Assembly: GCF_036365525.1 (NCBI RefSeq)
Contig: NC_090373.1
Location: 130,581,962 to 130,645,961 of the forward strand
Length of the DNA: 64,000 nt
Source: Heterodontus francisci
Taxonomy: Eukaryota
Direction: 5' to 3'
Shown here: piece after piece, positions 37,734 through 50,329 of the stretch
Layout: the number at the start of each line of letters is the position of its first letter
How positions within the stretch are numbered: position 1 is the first letter of the stretch
The notes under the pieces: generated by a model
What the model saw: the letters and a program-made list of their open reading frames with translations, nothing else
Told to the model about the DNA's origin: nothing
Database searches by the model: none
Made by a program: the position numbers and the translations under genes

Positions 37734-38042
37734 CTAATTTAAATCCTCCTCAATCATACTAGTGAACCTCCCGATGAGGACATTGGTCTCAGTCCTCTTG
37801 AAGTGCAATCCGTCCGTTTTGAATAGATGCCTCCTGCCCCAGAACTGATCCCAATGTCTCAAGAATCTGAAGCCATCCTTCCTGCACCATGCTTCAAGCC
37901 ATGCATTGATCCTCCCTATCTTCCTATTTCTACTCTCATTAGTGCATGTCACTGGGATTACTTCAGAGATTATTACCTTTGAGGTCCTACTCTTTAACTT
38001 CCTCCCTAGCTCCTGAAAATCTGACCATAGGACCTCCGCCAC
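37734..38042 (-). pseudogene. CR1 ORF1 SGNH-esterase domain remnant
   Basis: LKSRTSKVIIS...INAWLEAWCRKDGFRFLRHWDQFWGRRHLFKTDGLH (DGLH esterase motif). Confidence 0.88.
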
Positions 38043-38124
38043 TTGATTTTCTTCTGTGTGCTGTGCTTATGTAATCCTTTGTGCCCAAGTGCAAGGGAAA
38101 CAAATTTCTCCTACGTTTCTCAAT

Positions 38125-38266
38125 TATGGAGGCTTGCCTCCTCACCTTGCCCCATGCTTGAGGAGTGGTGACCCTCAAGCTATACATCACCAACTGTGTC
38201 TCTCTCTCATGGGGAGACATGCCTATGTTCCTTTGGGACTATGGCTAGAACAACAAGAACAACAAA
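38125..38266 (+). mobile_element. Unclassified SINE-like repeat, 3' part with a (CAA)-rich tail
   Basis: Homologous to 30790-30912. Confidence 0.6.
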
Positions 38267-38977
38267 ATTTCTCAATACCAGCATCTACGCAGCATCATCT
38301 GTGCGCATAAACAGGGTTAGTGAAGTTACGACAGTGGAGCAGGAGATGCTCTGAGGAAATTCTCAGCCCAAGATATTTGCATTATGCCTATGATCAGCTC
38401 CTTTATAAAAATGTTATGTTATGCATCTATATTACTGGGATAATATTTTCACGTTCTGCTGAGCGATTTCACCGATAAATTATTAACAGAAGACCATGTT
38501 AGCTCTTGTGAAGAGATCCGATAAGAGGGAAGGGAAAACAATTAAAAGTATAATATATCAAAACTGCTCCTGCGCAAACAGGCCACTGTTTACAAAATCT
38601 GTAGTTGAAATATTCTAATGATATACTGCCCAGCAAACCTTTTGCTGTACATTGATAGATGTTCATGCATCAAAGATTGATTTGATTACTCATAGTGAAT
38701 CTAGGCTTCAGTTGACTGCATAACTGAGGACTAAACTTCTATGGCTCTCCCGGTATATTCCTTGTAAATCCCACTGAAGTGTGGCTAGGGCTGAAACCTT
38801 CCCTGTCGGTTTCTGCAGTGCCTTGTTTGGATTAGAGCTTCCACTTTCCCCAGATATTGTTATCTGTGTCAGAGTATGGTCATGGAAAAGGAGACCCAGG
38901 CGAGAATTTATGTTGCACCTTTGATCATCAGTAAATCCATACACTCAGCGAAAGTATGCATATAGGTGTGCCTTCCC

Positions 38978-39391
38978 ATTTTTTTATTCTTTCATGGGAT
39001 GTGGGCATTGCTGGCAAGGCCAGCATTTGCTGCCCTTCCCTAATTGCCCTTGAGAAGGCAACTAAGTGGCTTGCTAGGTCATTTTAGAGGGCAGTTAAGA
39101 GTCAACCACATTGCTGTGGGTTTGGAGACACATGTAGGCCAGACCAGGTAAGGATGGCAGATTTCCTTCCCAAAAGGACACGAGTGAACCAGATGGGTTT
39201 TTATGACAATCGATGACAGTTTCATGGCACCATTACTGAGACTAGCTTTCAATTCCAGATTTTATTTTCTTAATTAATTGAATTTAAATTCCATCAGCTG
39301 CCATGGTGCGATTTGAACCCACGTCCCAAGGGTATTAGCCTGGGTTTCTAGATTACTAGCCAAGTGATATCACCACTACACCACCGTCTCC
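38978..39391 (-). mobile_element. SINE family A, full length, with a variant body/tail junction
   Basis: Minus strand GGAGACGGTGGTGTAGTGG (A box), GGGTTCAAATCGC (B box), body and LINE tail; junction CACTTAGTTG|CCTTCTCAAGGG. Confidence 0.88.
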
Positions 39392-41719
39392 AGGATTTCT
39401 CCTGGAAGTCTAGGCATCGGTCAGATGTGGTCTGCAGCTTGAATGATTAATAAAAAAAATTCAGTTCCCTTAGTTATTAGAAATCATCATTGACAGATAA
39501 ATGAGCCAGAGTATCCTGGAATAGGCAATGCCAAAGGTTCCTGGCAGGGGAACCCCAGCACTTACTGCTGATATGTTGATTGCATGCAGGTTTGGGGACC
39601 AGATCTTGATAGCTACTTTTCAGTTCATTGAAACATGTAAATGAAGCTTATCCTCACCTCCACATGAATGGTGGAAACGTTGAGCAGGATGAATTAAGGG
39701 TAGTGAAAATGTTTAAACCTAAAAGATATTGTGAAAAAGGGTTAGAATGAGATGAATATCTATAAATATAGAAAGGTCTTGCCTCTGGCATACATTCATC
39801 ATACTCCAGATGTCACTTTTTATTTAAAAAAAGAAAGCCTAAACTGAGTTCTTTTTACCTGCAGCTTGAAATCTACAAGCAATTTACTGACCTTGAAATC
39901 ACTCATCATATTTACAAGCAGCTATGATTATTCACATTGCTACAGGGAGCATTGGAGAAATAGCCTAAAAGGGACAGGCCATGTCTGTAGCAGAACATCC
40001 CGAGCTAGTCCTGGCCCCAGAGAGTACCACAGGAGATCTGTTAGCTATCGAAAAAGAGTAAAATCAACTGAGAATAAATAATCCTAATATTGTGATATTG
40101 AAACTAACAAACAGGATTAGTTAATTCACACCTAAAACACATTGGCCCTGCATTTCCACAGAGTTCTCCAAATGTCCCACCATAGCGTCAGTAATAGATT
40201 GGCAAAAACACTGAACTATTGGCTTAATACTGTTTATACCATTTACCCAGTTTTTGTTGGGGCTCTGTCAGCCTGCCACTAGAAAATCCACATGGACATT
40301 CTAAAGTGAATTTTTAGATTTTTAAAATAAAATTGTGTTTTAAGTGTTACAGTTAAGTTTACTTCAATAAAGCTATTTTGATGCTTGAGTGGCTTTATTA
40401 CGGTAATTCTACATTTCCCTCTCCCTTCCTGGTTGGTGTCCATTTTTCTTAGACCTATCTGTGAAGAACCTTAAGAATATTCTTTATGGTAGAAGTGCTA
40501 TACAAATGCAAGCTGTTATATTCAGTGTCACAGGGCTGAATCAAAGAGAATCAGTTGGCCTGGAAGACAGGAGTTTCCCTTAACCTGCAAGCAGTCTGAC
40601 GGTTAACACATTCATTGTTCAAGCTAGAAGTAGGCATAACATAGGTGTGGGCTAACATTCAGGACTTATGTTTTAAGTGGCACTATCTGATGCATAAAAG
40701 GCTAATTCAGATGAAGCACATAATGAAATATGTTAGAAAGGTTCAAAAATCTACTTTGGTTTTCTACTTGGAGCAATAAACATTAGCATCTTCCAAAAGA
40801 TGGGGGCAAAAATAAACAGAAACTTTCATGTTAAAATGGGCGTTAGAGAAAATTAAGCTGTCAGAACCACTGCTATGATAAAAATTTATGTGGGAGATAT
40901 ATTGAGGATTGGGACACTTGGGACAATACTGAACCAGTGCTTACAACATTTCTGCAGACAATTCTGACAAGACATAGAAATAGAGGAGTGTATGAACAAA
41001 TCCTAACAAACTAAAGAGATAAGAAAGAAAAAATTAAACAGATAACATACAGTTCTGCAGTTGTTCTCTGACAATCTCCTTTTTCAGTCTTTTGGTTTAG
41101 CTGATGATTAGGGATGAGCAATAAATGCTGGCCTCGCCAATGACGTCTACATCCCATGAATGATTACAAAAAAGTCTTCAACAGGAGGCAGCGATAATAA
41201 AACAACTGCATACTCAGCACGTCTTACAAATTCAATTGAAAATTCTGTCATTAGAATTTTTTGAGCAACAGTTAAAATATTTTTTCTGTATAAACATTGG
41301 TCCATTAGGCCCGGACCATTGTATTTACCAATGATAATGATGATGCTGCCGAATCATAGCAATCAATTTCTATTAATTAATCTACAGCAGACCCAGAAAT
41401 GATATGAGGAAAGCCCCAGGGGTGGAGAGTTTTGGGAACCACAGGTCCAAAATCACCTTTTTCCCAATGAAGCATGGAACACTTGCCACATGCCATGCCT
41501 CAAATTACAAATATACTGTATCCCAAAATGCCATTTCCTGCACAAAATCTATCCAATTAGCATTTGAATGAATCAATACTAACTACTTCCACTTTTTTTG
41601 GGGAGCCTGTTCCATAGACTAACCACTCACTCAATGAATTGTTGTACCATAGAATTTTTTTTCGATTTGCCACCCTTCAAGCTTGCGCCTTGTCCCCTGG
41701 TTCTACTCTTCTGGGCAAC

Positions 41720-42195
41720 TGCCCATGTCCTCACTTGCACCAAGGCCCATTCATATGTCAGTCTTGTGCTCGCTGACTGATCTTAGCTCCCGGTCAAGCA
41801 ATACCTTGATTTTAAAATTCTCATCCTTGTTTTCAAATCCCTCCAAGGCTTCGCCTTCTCTATCTCTGTAATCTCCTCCAGTCCCACAAACCTCCAAGGT
41901 ATCTGTGTTCATCCAATTCTGGCCTCTTGAGCATCCCTGATTTTTCATTGCTCCACCATTGGTGGCCGTGCTTTCAGCTGCCTAGGCCCTAAGCTCTGGA
42001 ATACCTTCCCTAAACCCCTCCGACTCTCCACCTCTCTTTCTTCCTTGAAGACATTCCTTAATACATACCTCTTTGGCCAAGCTCTTGGCCATCTGCCCTA
42101 ATATTGTCTTCTGCACCTCATCTGTCTCAGTTTTCAATTTTGCTTGGAGCGTTTAATTATGTTGAAGGCACGATATAAATATAACCTGTTGTTGT
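41720..42195 (+). mobile_element. L2 LINE 3' fragment
   Basis: DFKILILVFKS and GGRAFSCLGPKLWN-type C-terminal motifs, then the L2 tail. Confidence 0.8.
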
Positions 42196-44753
42196 AAGTT
42201 GTGGACTATTGATTCTTGTCAGTTTCTGGCCTTAATGTCTTGTATCCTGAAGCTTTAATGGTAGAAACAGTGACTAACATGTATTTGCTTTTCTCTCTTG
42301 TCCCAGACACAGATTTTGAATTTGCATTACTGTTGTATTTTTAGTGACAAGTAGACCAATACATACTTGTACTGGCAATCCAGATACAGTCTGTTTGAAA
42401 CAAGCAAGTAAAGTATGATCAAGGCTGAGGAATTTTGGAAATTCACAGCCATACAATCTGTCACAGAAATGAATGGTGTCTGCTGTTCCATGGTTTCACT
42501 TCTCTTCCTTGGTTTCTCAGTGAAAGATTTGGAACTGTAATACTCTGCAATTTTGACAGTGACAGGTTGTGTTGTTATTTCAGTTTAGCTTAAAGAAAAA
42601 ACCCTTTTACTTAGAAAAACAATGCACACCCACAATGCAAAATGTTAGTTACAACGTGGGGTTTTGTCTTTCATGTGACAAAAATTACTTTAAATATTCT
42701 AATAGGGATTTAATGTAGCGTTTTCTGTGATTGTATGCTTGGAATGCATTTTCTACAGTAAATTAGTATATAAAATATTTGCATTTTATAGAAGGCACAG
42801 AAAAAGAATAGGATTTACCTGTTGAATAATTTATCTTAATACTTGTATTGAAGTTATTAAAGCTATTCCATATCCATATGTATTTCTACAGCGGTCTAGA
42901 GATTTAGGCAATGGAATGTAACAATAATTTTTTAGATCAATGGGATTTCAGGGATGTTACCCATCAACTCCATGTCTTTTGACAACCAATTGAATGCAGT
43001 TGCATTCCCAATAACCTAGAGTTTGCCATTTCTATTTTAGGACTTAGTTAAAGGTATTAGCACTGTATGAGATGATCAAGTATTCTATCTGGCATGATCG
43101 TTCTTAAATTACTGGGATTCGTGGAGCATGGGAACCAGTTACTCTGGATAGCATTCAGTAGTAGTGGTGATGGGATAGATATTCTGGGGCGTGGGGGGGT
43201 GGGGTGGGCTTGTTTTTATGGAACCTGAGACTTTTTATTCCACACTTTCTTACCCTCTTATTACTTTGTAGAATTAACATCGTTCACTCAGCGCAAATTC
43301 AGGAAGCATGGAGTTGCATCTCTGTTTGTATCAATGCATTTGAAATCCAAGCACGGCGATCCTGCTATCTTTATGGTACTGTGATTTCTGTTGTTAAAGC
43401 TGTTGATGCAGGAATCATTATCCATTGCATATTTGTCACTTACAATGTGCTGCTGATCTCTCACACTTTTTGGGACACAACTTGTTTGTTTTGTAATTGT
43501 CTAAAACAACTTGTGGTCTCAATAAAAAGATCCATTTTTGTCTTCTTGGCTGATAGTGTATTAGGATGTGTAACCAGGGGATCAGAAAATTCGACTAGGA
43601 TCCCTATTGCTAGATCTCCAGATCACCAGATTGCCACCATTCTGTAATGCACATGCCTCTTAGGTTCGACTGAAGTAGTCTTGTTATTGCAATGATTTAC
43701 ATGAAGTACAAAAGTAAAGAAATAATAGCCCAAAAATTGCTGTGCCAGGCCAATGAACAGTTCCCGCCGTTAGTTAAATTTACTCTTGCACATTTAATGA
43801 CGACAATATTTTGCACTGCAAGTTGTCGGAGGTGGGAGATGGAAATGGGGCGGCGCCCTCTACAGGACTTCTGGGACTTCAGTGCACAGGGGAAGGAACT
43901 GTGTGTCACATTAACCAATTAGATTGAGGGATTCTGAAGTTAACAGTGCAAAGACCAAGAAGGAAGTGTAAATTAGAGTGGGTGAATTCAATGTCATATC
44001 AGGTGCGGAAAGAAAAATAAAGAGAGGGAAGAAAGATTGGATTAGGAAAGAGAAAAAAGAAACAGAACAAAAACATTAAAAAGGTTTAATTTTAATCGTT
44101 TTTTGAATCTCCAACAACAATTAATACCTGAAGGAATTAGACCCTACACTTTTAAATTTCATTTTCAGGCCAGAGAGGTTGATTGGCACTAATTAACACT
44201 TGTCAGGTTGTTAAAAGTGTACTTCAACTTGAAATGACTTGACTTACCTTTCAGTGGCTAGATTATTATGTATCAACAATGCAAGTATGGAAACTTCACG
44301 CCGGTCAATACATTTGAATGGGGAGACAGACAGTGAGATGCCATTTTCAAAAAGCTAATGATTTCCATGTATAATTGCCCACTGGCCAAAAGGTTGGCGG
44401 CGAGTCCACTTCCACCAGGCCTGAAAGCCATGCGTGATTGTACATGGCGTCGAGTGGACTTCCGCCCTTCTGAGACAGGAAGTCCCGCCTCCAAGAGCTG
44501 CTGGCCAATCAGCAGGCGGGCAGCTCCTCAGTCCCAGCAGCACCACTGAGAGCGGTAGCCCCTGCTGGAACTGCGCCCAGCTTCAGGAGGATCATGGAGC
44601 CAAAAGTTCCTGTCATAATAAGAGCAAGGCTAATAATGCTCACCAGTGCAGATTTATGTGCAGATTACATAGCAACTTCAGGTGATAAATTTGCACAAAA
44701 CATTATTGTGAGTAGTTATGGATGTTCCATAATAGAAAGGACATTAAAGACAT

Positions 44754-45458
44754 AGGCTGGAATTTTGTGTCGGGGTGAAGGCCCCACCCACTGGCTAAAA
44801 AGTCGGCGAACCCGACTCTGCTGGGCCTGGAAGCCATGCTGTGTTTTTATGTGGCCTCGAGCACGACGTCTGCCCCTCTGAGGCAGGATGCCAAACCTCC
44901 AAGAGCTGCTGGCCAATCAACGTGCCGGTAGCTCCTACGTCCTCGTAGCGCCACTGGGAGCGGTGGCCCCTGCTGGGACTGCACCCAGTTTCAGGAGGAT
45001 CATGGACGCTGATGCAGAAAATGGTAAATGGGGTTTTGTGCCTCGCTGGGGATAATCGGCTGGGCCCTGGTGAGGAGGGTGGGAGTCGATCAGGCGGGTG
45101 GGGGGAGGTGCGCCACTGGGGGCAGCAGGAGTTGCTGGAAGGGCCCTCTGTGGACACAGGGAGCCCGATCAGGAGGGCCCTGCTCGAGTCCGCAAGGAGG
45201 CCTCTGGGTAATACTCGGTGACCTCCACAGCTGGCGATGTGCCTGTTTGAAGCTAGTAATATACCAGCGGTGGTGGGATGAGGCCCTTAAGTGGTAAATG
45301 ATTGGCCACCTAAGGGCCTCAATTAACCTGGGGCGGGTGGGCAGGCCGTTTGTCACCTCCCCCGCCGCTCGTAAAATTGCAGCCTCCCACACAATTTAAC
45401 ACCCACACCCCCACCCTTGCCTCCTGCACACTCCCATAGGCGATGTACAATTCCGGCC
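44754..45458. mobile_element. Harbinger-type MITE (an internal fragment of the same family lies at ~44350-44605)
   Basis: Ends AGGCTGGAATTTT / ACAATTCCGGCC; shares the CCAAT/hairpin core with the 25183 and 50779 elements. Confidence 0.8.
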
Positions 45459-45597
45459 ATTGAGTATGCAGTGTGAATTTATTAGGATGATGGCAGGGAT
45501 GGGAACCTATATTTATGAGGAGATTGTTGAGATTTGGCTTCCTTCTCTATTGCAAACTTCTATGGTTTTATGCTTCCGTCTTAGGATGGGATCATAC

Positions 45598-45932
45598 AGG
45601 GCGGCACAGTGGCGCAGTGGTTAGCACTGCAGCCTCACAGCTCCAGGGACCCGGGTTGGATTCTGGGTACTGCCTGTGTGGAGTTTGCAAGTTCTCCCTG
45701 TGACCGTGTGGGTTTTCGCCGGGTGCTCTGGTTTCCTCCCACAGCCAAAGACTTGCAGGTTGATAGGTGAATTGGCCATTGTAAATTGCCCCGAGTGTAG
45801 GTAGGAGAATGGTGGGGATGTGGTAGGGAATATGGGATTAATGTAAAATGACTATAAATGGGTGGTTGTTGGTCAGCACAGACTTGGTAGGCCGAAGGGC
45901 CTGTTTCAGTGCTGTATCTCTCTCTCTCTCTA
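45598..45932 (+). mobile_element. V-SINE (HE1-like)
   Basis: Colinear with 15295-15645. Confidence 0.9.
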
Positions 45933-46439
45933 TGAATTCGGAAGGCAGTGTGCAACTGAAACAAGCAAGTCTCTTGCCTGGCTGTGTCTCTCTCTCTCAC
46001 TTTCTCCCGAAGACACGTAAACCTCAAGAGAGAATAAATTCCTACATCGGAACAAGTTGAAGCATGAACTGGGCCCCAACTGGCAACCAAAGACTCCACA
46101 TTGAACTTAAAGGACTGTAACTACCAGATATTGCCTCAAACTTTTCCCCTTTATTCCTTTTACCTTTTCTGTCTCTATGTGCGTGTGTGTTTATTACGTA
46201 TGCATGCTAGTGTGGTAACGTCGCCTATTCGTAGTCGTTAACCGGATTAGAGTTTAAGATTAATAAACTTCTATCTTTCTTGTTTAAATCTAAGGAAACT
46301 TGTTTGATTTCTTTGCCATACAATTGGAGCAGTCAACGAGGGTTCACTAAGGGGGAGCTAAAAACAGTGTTTTCAAATTAAACCCTGTTGTGATTAAACC
46401 AGGCAAAGTCTGAGAGGGAACCCCTACCTAGTCGTAACA
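45933..46439 (+). mobile_element. Partial LTR (3' half), related to the 31782 family
   Basis: CAGATATTGCCTCAAAC...GCATGCTAG...GGGGGAGCTAAAAACAGTGT...GTCGTAACA end. Confidence 0.8.
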
Positions 46440-47594
46440 CTAGCCTGTCTATGTCCTTTTGAAATCTATGACAATCATTCTCACAGTTCACAATACTTCC
46501 AAGTTTTGTATCATCTGCAAATTTTGAAATTGTGCCCTGCACACAAGTGTAAGTACACTATTATGCTATTGTTTCTTTGACTGAATCTGAACTTTTGATT
46601 TCTGAACAGCACGGATCATTTTACAAGCAGCCTCTGGCAAAACTTGTCACATCACCTGCCACCACACATACCCTGGAATACGCAGAGGTGCTGGCCAAAT
46701 TTTGAATTGATTGAAACTAGACTAATTTAGAAAGAATTGAGCCAATTTGCATTTGTGACTGACTATGTTAGAGCTTTATTCTGGATTTAAACACGTAACC
46801 CAGTGCAGACTCAACACACTGTAGCAATATCGATTCAGAAATGTATCTCTTTTCCCCATGGGGCCACACTAGGGTGGCGTAGCACTCTTCCTCTGTTCTG
46901 TGATGCTTGCATCTAAGCAACAGGAGATTTTGCTGCATGCACCAGCTACTTGTTTATATTTTATGAAGGTGAATGGTGGCCGCAGTTCAAACTAGGATCA
47001 AATGCAAATTACAAAAGAATACAATTGATTAAAAGGGGATCTAGGCCCTATTTGGCAGGAAAGGCAACAATAGGATTGGGATACACAAGAACACAAGAAA
47101 TAGGAGCAGGAGTAGACCATATGGCCCATTGAGCCTGCTCCGCCATTCAATTTGATCATGGTTGATCCAACTCCACTTTCCCGCCCGCACAATGATTCTT
47201 GGTACAGTTGCAGCTGTACTGGCAGCTCTGGGAGTAGGCTGTGCTGAATTTATCAGTGCAAGAAATCTTTTGCTTTTTGTTGCTTGGTGTAAAAGTCATG
47301 TTGCTGTCTACATTATCATCTATTATAATAATATGCAGTTTCTGTCTCCACATTTTTCTGATTGGTTGGTGGGTTGAAAGGGTGGGCAGAGCCAGCACTC
47401 AGCACACAGTCGGAGGTTTATTGGACCCATTTTCCACTGCAAGGAGAGTGAGTTGTACAAATGAAAACTTCCCTTGGCATTTAGATTTGGCTCCAAACGA
47501 GAAATCAGGTCTGCAGTGGATATGTTCAAGGTTTTCGCACGTACGGTGAAAGATGAGTTTGGTACACACTCGTGAGACTATAATATAAAATTAA

Positions 47595-48535
47595 GAGAGA
47601 CTGAGGTAAAATTTAATCAATGTAATATCTAATAGAGTCTGAGGTTAAATATAGCCAGTATAATATCAAATAGAGAGAGTCTGAGGTAAAGTCTAATCAA
47701 TGTAATATAAGGATCGCAGAGAGAGAGAGACCTATTTTCAAAATAGGACAACTTCTGTTGGGTTTGTAGGTCTTGGTTTGTGGAGTGTTTTGTAAGGTCC
47801 AGTGAAGATTTGCACCTGTGGGCTGACATTTCGTTGATTGGATATTGTAACAGTTTGTTGTTACATTAAAATACAGCGTGTGTTTTGAGTGACAGTTTTT
47901 TGATTGATTCTATACAAGACACCTGGTGAACGGGGAAGACGCATCTTTAATGAGCGGTGCCCGGTGCCTGCATGGGGAGGAGACTATGGTGATTGGTACT
48001 GGAAAGATTTGGAAGCAGATTGGGAGAAAACAGGTTTGACGTTGCAGAATTGAAGGAAAAAATAGAGAGAGACTGAGGTAAAATGTAATCAATGCAGTAT
48101 CTAATAGAGAGACTAAGGTAAAATAAGAACATAAGAAATAGGAGCAGCACAGGCCATTCGATCCCATGAGCCTGCTTCACCATTCAATAAGACCATGGCT
48201 GACCTGATTCTGGTCATTAACTCCACATTCCTGCCTGCCCCTATAACCCTTGACTCCCTTGTCAATCAAAAATCTGCCTAACACAGCCTTGAATATATTT
48301 AATGAGCCAGCCTCCACTGTTCTCTGGGGAAGAGAATTCCAAACACTAATGACCCTCTGAGAGAAGAAATTCCTCCTCATCTCTGTCTTAAATGGGAGAC
48401 CCCTTACTTTGAAACCATGAGGGGAAACATCCTTTCAGCATCCACCCGGTCAAGCCCCCTCAGAATCTACCAATACAATATAAGATAGAGACTGCGGTAA
48501 AATATAATTAAAAAGAGAGAGAGAGAGACTGAGGT
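47595..48535. repeat. Dispersed ~40-bp minisatellite (GAGAGACTGAGGTAAAAT.TAATCAATGTAATAT)
   Basis: About 3 units at 47595-47730, 2 at 48062-48125 and 2 at 48480-48535. Confidence 0.75.
48124..48470 (-). mobile_element. CR1 LINE 3' fragment
   Basis: MRRNFFSQRVISVWNSLP...FKAVLGRFLIDKGVKGY; CR1 tail. Confidence 0.88.
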
Positions 48536-48822
48536 GATGATGGGAGGGATGGTGTTGGCATGAGCAGGATGGGGATGACATGGGAGAGATGGATGGAATG
48601 GGATGGGGTTGGCTAGAGATGGATGACATGGGAAGGATCGGATGCCATGAGATGGGGATGGCATGGAAGGGAGGAGATGGCATGGGAAGGATGGAATGGG
48701 GGGGTATGGGGTGCGAATGGCATGGGGTGGGGATGGCATGGGAGGGAGGGGATGGCATAGGAAGGCTGGAACGGCATGGGATAGGGATGGCATGGGATGG
48801 GAGGGGTGGATGAGATGATGGA
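48535..48822. repeat. Purine-rich (GGATG/GGCAT)n low-complexity tract
   Basis: Degenerate pentamer repeats. Confidence 0.85.
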
Positions 48823-49102
48823 ATTGGTTAAGTGTAATAATTTGACTGCAAATAATTTGTGGATCTCTGCTAGTTTTAAATAATATCCTAATCTAGGTTG
48901 TGAACTATTAAGAATTAAAGAATAAATATATGGCAATGTTTTAGGAAATACCGCATTACCAGCTCAGGGGGAGGTTTAATGGGAAATCATGGTGCAGTGT
49001 CTATGGGCAAATGAAATCTCAGAAAATTATGCTCACTGGTTATTGAGTTGGTGAAGGTGTATTCAAAAAGTTGAGGAACAAAATATTACCATTATAGATG
49101 TC

Positions 49103-49237
49103 CAAAAACAAAAAACTGCAGATGATGGAAATCCGAAACAAAAACAGAAAATGCTGGAAATACTCAGCAGATCAGGCAGCATCTGTGGAAAGAAAAGCAG
49201 AGTTAATGTTTCAGGTTGATGACCGTTAATCAGAACT
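49103..49237 (-). mobile_element. PLE 3'-end fragment with a degenerate hammerhead
   Basis: Diverged copy of 13999-14138. Confidence 0.8.
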
Positions 49238-49239
49238 CA

Positions 49240-50232
49240 TTTTTTTTATTTGTTCACGGGATGTGGGCATCGCTGGCTAGGCCAGCATTTATTACCCATC
49301 CCTAATTGCCCTTGAGAAGGTGGTGATGAGCTGCTTTCCTGAACCACTGCAGTCCATGCAGGGTAGGTACACCCACAGTGCTGTTAGGAAGGAAGTTCCA
49401 GGATTTTGACCCAGCGACAGTGAAGGAACGGCGATATAGTTCCAAGTCAGGATGGTGTGTGACTTGGTGGTGAACTTGCAGGTGGTGGTGTTCCCATGTA
49501 TTTGCTGCCCTCGTCCTTCTATGTGGTAGAGGTCGCGGGTTTGCAAGGTGCTGTCTAAGGAGCCTTGGTGCATTGTTTCAGTGCATCTTGTAGATGGTAC
49601 ACATTACTGCCACTGTGCATCGGTGGTGGAGGGGGTGATTATTTGTAAATGGGGTGCCAATCAAGTGGGCTGCTTTGTCCTGGATGTTGTTGAGCTTCTT
49701 GAGTATTGTTGGAGCTGCAACCCATCCAGGCAAGTGGAGAGTATTCCATTACACCCCTGACTTGTGCTTTGTAGATGGTGGACAAGTTTTGGGGAGTCAG
49801 GAGGTGAGTTACTCGCTGCAGAATTCCTAGCCTCTGACCTGCTCTTATAGCCAGGGTATTTATATGGCTGGTCCAGTTCAGTTTCTGGTCATTGGACATG
49901 CCTGGTCAATTTTCCACATTGCCGGGTAGATGCCAGTGTTATAGCTGTACTGGAACAGCTTGGTTAGGGGCACGGCAAGTTCTGGAGGACAGGCCTTCAG
50001 TATTATTGGCGAAATGTTGTCAGGGCCCATGGCCTTTGCAGTATCCAGTGCCTTCTGTCATTTTTTGATTTCACGCAGAGTGAATCAAATTGGCTGATGG
50101 ACTGGCATCTGTGATGCTGGGGACTTCAGGAGGAGGCCGAAATTAATCATCCACTTGGCACTTCTGGCTGAAGATAGTTGCAAATGCTTCAGCCTTATCT
50201 TTTGCACTGATGTGCTGGGCTCCCCCATCATT
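49240..50232 (-). mobile_element. Family-A-tailed LINE fragment with an internal deletion
   Basis: Reverse complement of 35380-36030 joined at ~49895 to 34315-34640. Confidence 0.88.
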
Positions 50233-50329
50233 ATAGATGTGACAGATTAATGGAAATCCTTTGCAATGGCACTGACTCAATTTTATATTTATTTTATGGA
50301 TGCCCTTCAAAATGCAGTTTGTGGTGCAG

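Larger units (their letters stand above)
31157..38042 (-). mobile_element. Long CR1 LINE (ORF1 esterase end, ORF2 and 3' tail) interrupted by an LTR and a second LINE
   Basis: CR1 segments 31157-31781, 32627-33020 and 36031-38042 are colinear (QHGFVKGRSCLTNLIEFF; VTPLFKKG...YRPSSLTS; NPKIFYQHVNSKR). Confidence 0.88.

Noticed and set aside
39855-40080. Possible exon with splice-like signals on both strands
   Set aside because: No frame gives a recognisable protein, and stop density looks like random AT-rich DNA.
43204-43647. 147-aa hydrophobic ORF with an acceptor-like site at 43271
   Set aside because: No ATG start, no recognisable motif and no partner exons; opposite-strand frames contain many stops. 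It would need RNA-seq or BLASTX support.
47595-48535. CRISPR-like repeat-spacer array
   Set aside because: Units are adjacent and degenerate with no constant-length unique spacers; there are no cas genes and the context is eukaryotic.
48450-48936. Pro/His- or Gly/Met/Trp-rich ORFs
   Set aside because: They are translations of a GGATG low-complexity tract.
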